Source of the DNA: Amphiscolops sp. MND2022
Lineage: Eukaryota
Assembly: GCA_964187785.1 (NCBI GenBank)
Contig: OZ076409.1
Location: 28,026,001 to 28,090,000 of the forward strand
Length of the DNA: 64,000 nucleotides
Reading direction: 5' to 3'
The notes beneath the pieces are model-generated. The model did not search any database, had not been told where the DNA came from, and saw only the letters and a list, made by a program, of their open reading frames with translations. Below, in pieces: positions 25,301-37,300 of this stretch (positions are counted from its first letter, which is position 1; each line of letters begins with the position of its first letter). The translations under genes were made by a program, and so were the position numbers.

Positions 25301-28300
25301 ATGATCACGACTTGACTATACACGTTATTCCCCTTTTGCATTTAGATGAAATTCTTTAGAAGTTATTCCTGCTTGCTTTTTGCATAACGTCTCTTGCAAC
25401 GCTGTCGAATGCCCTCTAGCCATACGTGATTCATCTTGAAACAATCAAGTGGTAGGCTGTTTGAAGTTCATCTCCGATTTGAAAAAAAAATCGTTCTTCG
25501 TGGAATCGACTTAATGTCTCCGAATTAGAAATAACGGCTCCGAATTAAGTTTTAAATTAAATATCCAACTGACTCAAGATAGCTATGTTGCTCCAGATTA
25601 TATGATCCGCTTTCCAAAAGGTTAATCACTTCGGCGCCTTTTTGGCAAACTTCCACACCAAAGTGCTACCTAGAAATTGTTAGTTTGGAAGTAATCCATC
25701 CCTTATCACACCGAATTCTGTCGTGTTAATTACTTGGAAATGGTGTTTTTTCAAGCGGTTTTTTTTGCAAATAGCTTCATATTTTCCGTATTTCATTTTT
25801 TTCAAAAATTCAGGTTTGTAGAACTATTAGTAGAAATTTTTGGTCACTTATTTTTTTAAAAGTCGGCTACTTTTTTAAAAAAAAATAGTTTTATGATCGC
25901 TTGTCTCTTTTGGCGAGAGGAGTTTGAAGTCAATAAGCGGATCAGCTACTACAGACATAATGTAATACATCTAATTTCTGGTGACTATTCATACAGCCGA
26001 TTTTATAAAATAGGTCTCAAAAGTAGAATTAAATTACTAGCTTTCTGTTAGTGCTGTTGTAGCCCATATGTATGGAACTTGATTTATTCGAAGAGGGTAG
26101 CATATGTTGCTCCTTCATTTAGGGCACTAGGAGTATATGAACAAATACAATAGTGTAAGAAAAGAACAACCCTTATTTGTAAGAAATAATTTGGACTGCA
26201 TGTAAACAGAGCTAGCATTTTACATGAGGCTTTCTTTCGTTCTCTATTTTACTCATGAATTTAAGGGACTGGAAAGACCAATTGAATGTTTACGATTATA
26301 GGTACAATCGCCTAATTTAGCAGATTCTCCTCATATTAATTTTATCGGTGATAAATCTGAAACCGAAAACATAATCCCCAATCTTTACGAAGAATAGCTA
26401 TGTCTTACGTATTAAGATAGTAAATAAAATGAAATTATAGAAAACCCCTTTCAAAAACTAAATAATACCAATTATCTTGATGTAAAATAGCTCAATGTCT
26501 TCAGTGAATAAGGAAGTACAATAGTGTAAGGAATGAACTGAACCTTTATTTGTAAAAAAAAGAATTGGACCAAAACAAAACTAGCTCTGATTTCTGCTAT
26601 CGTCCAAGTTGCATTTTTGACAGTATACCGTTGATTTAATTCAAAGACTGTATACAATACAATGTAGTTTTGATATTTTAAAAGCTGTATACTGCGTAAG
26701 CTGAAATGTTGTAAAAAGCGTAACTGCTAGTTTTTTTCCAGATTTCTAACTTTTCATTTCATCGCCACTACAAGTCTTAGCTACTTCAATTCTGATAGCA
26801 GTGATTCAACTCTTTCATTGAGATGAAGCGAACTAGTGTAACTAACTAATTCTTCCGTCAAGAGCTTCACCTGCGTTCAAATATGAATGCCATACGAGTG
26901 TTAACAATTCATCCGCTGAGAGCTTCGCCTGTGTCCAAATACGAATGCGAAACGTCATATGCTTTTTAGCTGTATTTTCGTTTATTCAAGTAACAAAACT
27001 TATAGTGCAAGATTTGTCCAACACATCTGTTGATAATTATATCCAATTATGTTTTTGGATTGAGAAAGATGCTTTGTTCATTGAACCTTAAAGTTAATGG
27101 TGATTGTATCCTTAAGCAGAAATATTACGGAGCCCTTCTTTTCAGACATTGAAACGACCCAATTGTACGGTAATTTTTATTATTTCTGCGATAGCAGGAA
27201 TATTATTGAAATCTCAAAATGTCTACATTTTTTCAGTAAAATTCTTCGCATGATGCTGAATAATTCAGATATTTTGTTCGGCAGTGACTATAAGCGTGAG
27301 AATAAATTTCTCAAGCTGCCGACGACATTTCAATTCTCGTGCGATGGAACGAGCGAGTGGTAGTTATGCATTCGTACGCTGACGTCATTGAGATGAAGCG
27401 AATGAGTGTTAATTATTCGTTCGTTGAGAGCTTCGCCTGCTTTCGAATGCGAATGCGAAACTTCGTCTGCGCTTAGTAGTTATACATGTTTTCTTTAGTC
27501 CGAGAAGAATTAAAGGCGGTGTAAACTTGTACAGTGATTAATTGTGCGCTAAATAATGATTAAACAGGAGTGTATTGGTTGGTATTCCAGATATGATTTT
27601 ATTATTAATGAAAGTTTAAACAGAAATAGTAGTGTGCCCCGGAGGGGCCTTCTTTTTCGACTTCAGAAATTCTCGCAAAAGTTAGTTTTAAAGTTTCTAA
27701 TTTTTATCGGCTAGATCTGACAACCCTGTTAGAACCAAAGTACGCGTTTGGTGACAAAAGCGACTGGATATCATTCAAACCTAATTTGCGGCCGGTAAAT
27801 TGCAACGGCTAAAATTTTGATGATCTAAATGGTCAATTAATACTTTTAGGTTTTCGAGTGTTTGGATTTAACAATTCAATTTTTAAAAAGAGTCCTATTT
27901 TGGCATTGGTGGAACAGTTGGCGCAAGGGGTCCTCTGTTTTCGACACCATTTCAATAAGTATGAAAACTTGTGAGATCATGATCAAACTAAGGAATGTAA
28001 AACTGCACAAAACAACATTGAACTCAAATCCACTAAAATAGGGTACCCACTGTGAGAGCCTGGATCCAGAACTGCTTGAGAACCAAACACCAAACTTTAG
28101 AGTTCTACAAAAAATTTTGATAGCTAAAAATTCGAGAAGTCTACAAAATACTAAGTGTGCGTAAACTTTGGTACCCTACCATATGTCTTTAGGTTGAATA
28201 TTTTACTTTCGTTGTTTCGCACTGTATTTGTATCGGACTGGCATTTTTTAACAAAACTGGTAAAGCCATCAACAATCGTTGGTTGATATGCATCACCGGC

Positions 28301-31300
28301 TGTCCTTGCAACTTACAAGTTTTGCTGATGAAACATGTTGTATTTCAATCGCTGAATTAGATCCTTCACACCGGACGACGGTACGCTTAAATAAACCTCA
28401 TTCCAACTGCCCAACTTTTTGTTGTGTCGGTTTGACGAGTTGAATTGTCACACTTTTCCTTGCTTTTCGTTTTCGTGTTTGAGTCTTGTACAGTGTCATT
28501 TTTCGAATGGTGGCGTCTATTGGAGCGAGTAACGTCTAAAATTGTTTCGGGAATAACTTCTAAACGCATTACGTCTAAATATCAAGGTTTTAAGATAGGG
28601 AATGATCACGACTTGACTATACACGTTATTCCCCTTTTGCATTTAGATGAAATTCTTTAGAAGTTTTTCCTGCTTGCTTTTTGCATAACGTCGTCTCTTG
28701 CAACGCTGTCGAATGCCCTCTAGCCATACGTGATTCATCTTGAAACAATCAAGTGGTAGGCTGTTTGAAGTTCATCTCCGATTTGAAAAAAAAAATCGTT
28801 CTTCGTGGAATCGACTTAATGTCTCCGAATTAGAAATAACGGCTCCGAACTAAGTTTTAAATTAAATATCCAACTGACTCAAGATAGCTATGTTGCTCCA
28901 GATTATATGATCCGCTTTCCAAAAGGTTAATCACTTCGGCGCCTTTTTGGCAAACTTCCACACCAAAGTGCTACCTAGAAATTGTTAGTTTGGAAGTAAT
29001 CCATCCCTTTTCACACCGAATTCTGTCGTGTTAATTACTTGGAAATGGTGTTTTTTCAAGCGGTATTTTTGCAAATAGCTTCATATTTTCCGTATTTCAT
29101 TTTTTTTCAAAAATTCAGGTTTGTAGAACTATTAGTTGAAATTTTTGGTCACTTATTTTTTTAAAAGTCGGCTACTTTTTTTAAAAAAATAGTTTTATGA
29201 TCGCTTGTCTCTTTTGGCGAGAGGAGTTTGAAGTCAATAAGCGGATCAGCTACTACAGACATAATGTAATATATCTAATTTCTGGTGACTATTCATACAG
29301 CCGATTTTATAAAATAGGTCTCAAAAGTAGAATTAAATTACTAGCTTTCTGTTAGTGCTGTTGTAGCCCATATGTATGGAACTTGATTTATTCGAAGAGG
29401 GTAGCATATGTTGCTCCTTCATTTAGGGCACTAGGAGTATGTGAACAAATACAATAGTGTAAGAAAAGAACAACCCTTATTTGTAAGAAATAATTTGGAC
29501 TGCATGTAAACAGAGCTAGCATTTTACATGAGGCTTTCTTTCGTTCTCTATCTTACTCATGAATTTAAGGGACTGGAAAGACCAATTGAATGTTTACGAT
29601 TATAGGTACAATCGCCTAATTTAGCAGATTCTCCTCATATTAATTTTATCGGTGATAAATCTGAAACCGAAAACATAATCCCGAAAACATAATCTTTACG
29701 AAGAATAGCTATGTCTTACGTATTAAGATAGTAAATAAAATGAAATTATAGAAAACCCCTTTCAAAAACTAAATAATACCAATTATCTTGATGTAAAATA
29801 GCTCAATGTCTTCAGTGAATAAGGAAGTACGATAGTGTAAGAAATGAACTGAACCTTTATTTGTAAAAAAAAGAATTGGACCAAAACAAAACTAGCTCTG
29901 ATTTCTGCTATCGTCCAAGTTATTTGAAAATCAAGTAAAACATTCTAAAGTTTTGTTGGGCACTTGAAATGTAGGTTTGCAAATAATGCAAAAACTTGCT
30001 AATTTCATTTTTCATTGATTGTATTTACTACTGAATTGGCACATGGGACATCATTTTGGACAATTTTGTAACGTCTGGCACCTAATTTGGAACTTTTGTT
30101 TATTTGGCAGGTACTTCTTCATTTACTGAAGACATTCAACTATTTCACATCAAAAAAATTGGTATTATAAAGTTTTTGAAAAGGGTTTTCTGTTTTTTCA
30201 TTTTATTTACTATCTTAATACGTCGGACACAGCTATTTTTTGCAAAGACTGAGGATTGTTTTCCGTTTTAGATATTTAGCCGATAAAATTAATATCAAGA
30301 AAATCTGCTATTTAAGGCGATTGTACCCATTATCTTAGACATTCATTTGGTCTTTGCAGTCTCTTAAATTAATGGGTAAAATAAATGATGAACAAAATCC
30401 TCATGTAAAATGCTAGCTCTGTTTATATGCAGTCCAAATCATTTCTTACAAATAAAGGTTCAGTTCTTTTCTTACACTATTGTACCTGCCAAATAAACAA
30501 AAGTTGCAGAAAGGTGCCAAGTGTTACAAAATTGTCCAAAATGACGTCCCTAATGCCAATTCAGTAGTAAATATTATCAATGAAAAATGAAATTTGTGAA
30601 GTTTCTTTATCATTTGCAAACCTACGTTTCAAGTGCCTAACAAAACTAGAAAGTTTGTTTAATTTATTTTCAAATAACTTGGACGATAGCAGAAATCAGA
30701 GCTAGTTTTTTGTTTTGGTCCAATTCATTTTTTACAAATAAAGGCTGTTTATTTCTTACACTATTGTAGTTCTGACAAAATCAGACACGCGTTTTCAGAT
30801 TAGGGAGTTCAATTTGATTTCAAATTTCAGTCAATCAGATTACAGCATAAACAAATATTCTGCTGTTTGAAAATTAGATGTGTATTACAATTTGTCTGTA
30901 TCACGTTCGCCCATTAAGCAATCCAGCGTTGACATTGATAAATGATCGTTCGCTGGGAGCCTGTAAATTCATTTACCTTATTTGTACCATTATCTTCCGT
31001 TCAATTGTACAGAATTATTGCTCCTAATTCAAGTAGTATCAGAAATTTTCAGTGAAACTCATTTGGTTTTCATGTTTGCAAATTTCAAATTCCGAAGAGC
31101 GCGATTTCAAAGTGAGGCGCCATCTGCAGAAAATGTGATTTCTCAGTGTTTAGTTTGAGAAACCAAAGTTCAGGACTACATGTTTCCCAAGTGAAATGTG
31201 GCGCGAGATGGACAGTTATTGGTTTATGAAGGGTCATTATAGAAATGAAATCCGTTCAATGAATTCCATCAAGCAACAAAACGCCAGCTGTCGATGTTCT

Positions 31301-34300
31301 TCAGATTCATGAAACTCGGTCAAAAAGTTGTTCTGTCCTTGAAAGTAAGGTGCTCGTTAAGTTCACAATCACCTTGTGATTGCAACTGGTTTTGATTACC
31401 CACAACTGCGAATGTAATTGTTGGAATAACTTTTGGGTCGTTGCCATCGCGCTCATGAAACACGTCAAAGTTAAATTCCTATTAATATGTCCCTAACACT
31501 TTTGTGTCAATGTTGACGTCTGGAACTTTTACGGTAAACTGCAGGTAACATAAGCAAAGTTGTGCGAAAGTTTCAGAATTCAATTTGTTTTTTTACCCCA
31601 TTGTGATGACGTGAATTTTCTTTTTAGTGAGCAAAAAGTGGCGGACTACCACTCTCGGCTCGTGGGCAAAACGAGAGGCGAGGCCATTCTGCATTACATG
31701 AACATAGCGGAGTCTTTAACTATGTACGGCATGCACTTCTACCGGGTGAAGGGAAGACCGGGCTGTAACCCCCTGTGGGTTTCCATCGGTCTCATGGGAC
31801 TGCAAGAGTGGACATTCAAAGACGATAGCACAAGCACAGACAGCACACACACAAACAATGATATCCGCATTCCCACATCAATATCAGTAAGCTTAATCAT
31901 ACATGTATCATTGTTTTTGGTTTCATCAAAAATTGTTGAGATACATTGTAGTACTAGAAACAAGCTGGGAACGGCCCAAGTCGACGCTCCGCTCAAGGTT
32001 CACAAAAATCAAATTTTTTAAATCTGCAAAGAGACACTATTTTGAATATTTTATCGAATATAAAGTGCCCATAAGAAAGAAAACCGGCTGGAAATACTAA
32101 ATAACTGAGTTTATTTTCGAAAAGAAGTTTGATCTGGAAAAATCTCATAGTGTCGAAAAAGGAACTTTAAGCTCGCCAGACGCTTTTTTTGTGCCGAAAA
32201 CTTTAGTGAAAGTGAAAGGGTGTACCATTTGACCAAATAAAATTTTAGTCGAAAAAAGTCGCACATTGCCAAAAAACACCATCGTTCATTTCCTCACTTA
32301 TTAAAAAAACCGCTCATCAGTTCAACAGGACCAAAAATTATCAAAGAGGTCATCTCAAAACTCTGGAAAATTTTTCTTTTTCAGAAACCCTTTAAAAACG
32401 AAAATTGTGGAAAGTTTGTTTTTATTCGGTAAGTCGCATAGCGCCGAAAAAACAATGGCCCTCTATGCTCGCAAAACCCTTTGTTTCTGCTAAAAGTCGA
32501 GTGAAGCGGTTTTGGTTTTGAGAACTTTGGAAAAAAAATCCGCTCAAGTCCGAAAAGAGCCCAATGCTCCACTTCTGTAAGCAACGAAAATGCTTACTGT
32601 CAGTTTAGTGCGAGACTCGGACCCACGTGTTCCTGCGTCTCAGAGTTTTTCAAAAATCCGAGTTAACCTTTAGGCTAGGTGGCAGTTAGAAGTTACAAAG
32701 GCATATGTTACTATAAGCATTGAAATGCTTGCAGAAATCTGTCAATTCGGTGGTGTTGAAGAAGCCACTGCTATAGTCCGTTCTTTTCTTTGAAAAGCGC
32801 CGATTAAAATCGGCCGCTTTTGGTTCAGTTTTGAAAAACGGACTCGCATTTGATGAGCAAAATGTGATCGAATAAAAGTTCCGTGACGAATTAATCTGAA
32901 TTACCGAACTAACAAGTTTATTCTTTCAAATTGTTATGTTGCCATTGAAATAAACATTAAATGTGAACAAAGTGTACCAAGATATTACACCAAAACGTGT
33001 AATTCGAAATCAAAATTTAAACTTATGTGTAGAAAAAAGATCTGCCAGCATATTGTCTGAACGAGTCCCATGTTTTTCAATTGCTCTCTAACTAGTCAAT
33101 TCTGTGAAGCATTCACTGTACTTGTCGAATGAAATTGATGGAATCGAAAGGAAAGCGGAAGAACTTGAATAAAACCGGTTATTGAGAACGATAATATTTT
33201 TGGAGGTAATAAAATTGCGGCCTCCTGAATTGGAGCCAAATTAATACTCATGAAAAACATTTTGTCTCAGTTTTTAAATATCGACATGAACTTGTGAAAC
33301 TAGTTATTAGTCGGCGCTTCATGAAGTGAAACGCGACGATACTAGTGGCTTTTTTCAATCCACACGAGCTGACCAAAATAGTTCCTAGAAGTTCTACGAT
33401 ATTTTAAGATGTCAAATTGGGCCAATTGGCCCAAGGAACTTAACCAAAAGGGTTGCTCCTTTTTCAGCGCAACATACAATGCCGTGCGAGGAGACTAAAG
33501 GGTCCCCCTTATAGTTTTTTTTCGGCATTGTGACTTTCCGAATTTTTTTCCCAGACTTCAATTTTTTTGATGTTTTGCAACAGAAATGATGAAAAATCCG
33601 AAAGCGCGCCAGGGTTTTTCTGGTACTGTATAAGAGAATACTTGACACTTTGAAGTCTTTTTGCTGTTTTTGAGCCTCAGAAATGGCGCCGACCTTTGCC
33701 GTTCCCGTCTTGTTTTATAATTCTGGCGGCTTTTGTATGAACAAAAGCTAAATCAGTCTCAATTTAACAGATACATAAAATTAGGTTGGTTTCAGTACGT
33801 ATTTTACTCTGTTTTATGTCTTTCCGTATTCACAATGAATTAGTAGGAATATGAAGACATTAATTGTGACTGTCGTATTTAGAAATTTGATTGGAGCTCT
33901 ATTTCACATATCAGACATGAAAAGAAAGAATTGACGATAGAAGTTGAACAGAAGGACGTTGATGGGTTAGTTTTGAAAATTGTTAATTTCGACGCTTTCT
34001 GTTTTAAACAGTCTTCAAGAATTTGAATACTTTGTTGAAATTGTCCACAGCTCAGTAGTGACAACTGTGTCCAATTTTTGTACTGTTCCAGAGTTTTGAA
34101 GAGTTTTGTGTCATTTCAAAAATGTCTCATTACACGCTTCGAAGGTTTCAAGTTAATGTGAAGTGAATTTGTTTGTAACTTGATTGAATAACTTAGATAG
34201 ATATTCACGCGTTCAAATCACACAGCTGCTCAAAATGTTTAATGGTATTATCAGTCTTCTAAGAGTGCTTGTTCTTGGAGATACAAATATGCAATTCTGT

Positions 34301-37300
34301 AAAATACTTATAAAGACAAGATAAATGCTGGTCTGTGGTCTAGAATTTGTGTCAAATTACAACGTCACGACATCTTGCACTGATTGCCATCGAATGACTG
34401 CCCATTTGGGTGCATTTATTTGTAATTCAGCAAATAATTATATAGTTTCATGCTTTCATGGTAGCATGGTTGATGCAGAACATTGACGCACATAGTTTGA
34501 AAGGAAGGATGGATTAAAAAGTAAAGTGTAAGGAGAGTCTTAGCTATACTGTAAACTGACTCGTATTAGCTGAAATTTAACTGAAATGTTCTGGAGTATA
34601 GTCGATTTAAGGAATCCCAGACTGTTTTCTTTGAAATACTTGAAATACAAAGGAAACAGGGTTTTGAGTTGGAACTTCGTCAAAATGAGAGCAGATATCA
34701 GGAAAAATCTTTCAGTTTTCTCTCAGCAGCTGTCTGCTATCGTACATGTAGTTCGACGTCAAAGAGAATGAAAATTGATGTTTCCTGTAAACTTAAGCGC
34801 GGCATGGCTCGAAAGATTTTGGTGGAAAGGTACTCCGACAAACAACGATGTCGCCGTGTACAACCTTCCCCCTCCCTCAAATTACGAAGCCGTGACCTTT
34901 GACCTCGAGACATCGTATACTCAGTCAGGGGTCACATTCATATCTGAACTTCCTGCACATGACATCGGAAGGGAAGCGTAAGTATTAGTGAACGGGAATG
35001 GGATTTGCTTTGAAGAGTGGTGGTCAGTGAATTGACTAGAATGACATATTGTTCGAATGTTTTTGATACAAAATTCACTATTTTGAAACTCATTCCGATT
35101 AGATTTGTATATTTTATAATTCTTGTATATTCGACTATCGAGCTATATTCCAGCTGTATCTCATGAAATTAAGTGGGATCTGTGAAAACAAGCTAGTTGG
35201 TTTTTCGGAATTTATGCCAATACTTCAGTTTGTAAATTGAAAATTTTGTTGTCTTTTTTGATTTCTCAAACTCACTTTTCATACTTTTCTTAGGTTTCTG
35301 GGAGTTGTTTAATTCACTGATAGGAACATTCAAAATCTCCAATGCATTCAGATTATTTGGGGAATCCAATAATGAACGATTTGAAAAGAGATTTTGCGAC
35401 GACAGTTTGGATTGATGGTTAAAGCACTATGTCAAGTTACCGGCTATGCTTACTCTAGTTCCTCTTCGTTTGAAGAGAAAATGGTGTAGTTTGAAAGAAT
35501 GATTGTCATCATTTGATTCCAAATCATCCTGTTTTTTTCCACCATTCCCTCGGAAGCATGCGAGTCAGTGTGGTTCTAACACCATGTTACTGCGTGTTCT
35601 ACTATTGTTTCATGGTTTTCCTTTCCTGACTTTTCACTTCGCGTCTAGCCAATTGCAACCAAAGTAGCCAGTCCATTTTTCTGTATCTCGTAGTGAGTAT
35701 CGTGTAGAAAAACCTCCAGAGTTCCATCATGCAATTTTGTCGTTGTACTTTTTTGCAACTGCTTAACTTTACTATGGGTTATAGAGGAAATACTCCCATT
35801 TGTTTAATCATAGTCAAAGATTTGTTTTTGTGTTGAATTCTTTATAAGCTCTGTTATCGTAGCATCTTTTCATACCATCAAATTAGCTGTAGCTTTTTTT
35901 AGAACTTTATCGTTTTCTGAAATGAATTTCATTGTGCGTTGAATCACTGTCGTAGCTGCTAGATTTTTTGAGGGTATTTTTTGGATTGTGTTAATGAACG
36001 TACATCAAGAAACGGCTCTTTGGAACACTTGATGAAATTTGCGTCTAAATTCTTGCCTGAGACTGAAACTGGTGGTGACTATCCCGGTGACGTCATTTGT
36101 CTTGGTTGTGTGATCATATTAACTACCAAATTGTATATGGGACTACCTCATGTCATGTTTTTTTAATTCGCTTTGAATCACTTAAATTATCCTTGGTATT
36201 GGTATAAGTCATCAATATGGTCGCGGAACCAATGTATATATTAATCGTAAATAGCCTAGCTGTACTTCAATGCAGCCTACCTTTTCAAATTCTGAACCGT
36301 TTTGCCAGTAGCCCATGATATCTAGCACATTTTTATTGAAGTTTGTTGGTATCGTGTTTGATTTGAACGGCCCAAGCAATACAGCGAATTTCTCTACAAA
36401 ACAGAACAAGCCGGGACCGGCCCAAGTCGGCGCCATATCCAAGGCTCAAAAATAGCAAAAAGACTTCCAAGTGTCAAGTATTCTTTTACAGTAGTCGAAA
36501 ATCGAAAATTTTTCGAAAAGTTTTTTTTTGAAAAAAATACATAGTAAAAAAATGGACCGAGTGGCGCGTCGGGGCTCGCTAGCGCGAGCCTCTGGCGCGT
36601 TAACGTCTCACAATGCCGAAAAACTGAAAGGGGGGACCCTTTGAGGTTTTTCAACATCCATTCTGTCGCAAAACATGAAAAAATTGAAGAAAATTTTTTT
36701 TATTTTCGGGAAAAAATCTCACAATGCCGAAAAAAACTGAAAGGAGGAACCCTTTGGGATTTTCCAACATCCATTCTGTCGCAAAACATCAAAAAAATGC
36801 AGGGGGGACCCTTTGAGGAAAAAAATTCGAAAAAAATGTCTCGCAGTGCGGAAAAAAATTGAAAGGGGGGACTCTTTGGTCTCGCCCGGTATGGTATGTT
36901 ACGCGGAAAAACAGGTAAAACCATTTTGGTCCAGTTCGCTAGGCCAAATGGTGCAATTTGACACCATAATATTTTGTAGAACTTTTAAGAACTATTTTGG
37001 TCAGTTCGTGTGGATAGAAAAAAAAAGAGTCACTATAATAGTCGCGTTTCACTTCATGAAGCGCCGACTAAAAATGGGGTTTTCTTGCAAACAATAGGTT
37101 ATTTTATTCCAAATTTCCCTTTTTGGCAAAAAAATGGTTATACTATTCCAAAATTCCTTTTTTGGAAAAATCCAGTTTTCTCAAAGTCCTTAAACGGATA
37201 CAGAAAAGCAACCCCATACCCTTCCACAACAAGACCTTGTTCACCAAAGCCAAAGAATATGCTGTTTGGAAATGTTTGGAAAGCATCTATGTCTGAAGAA

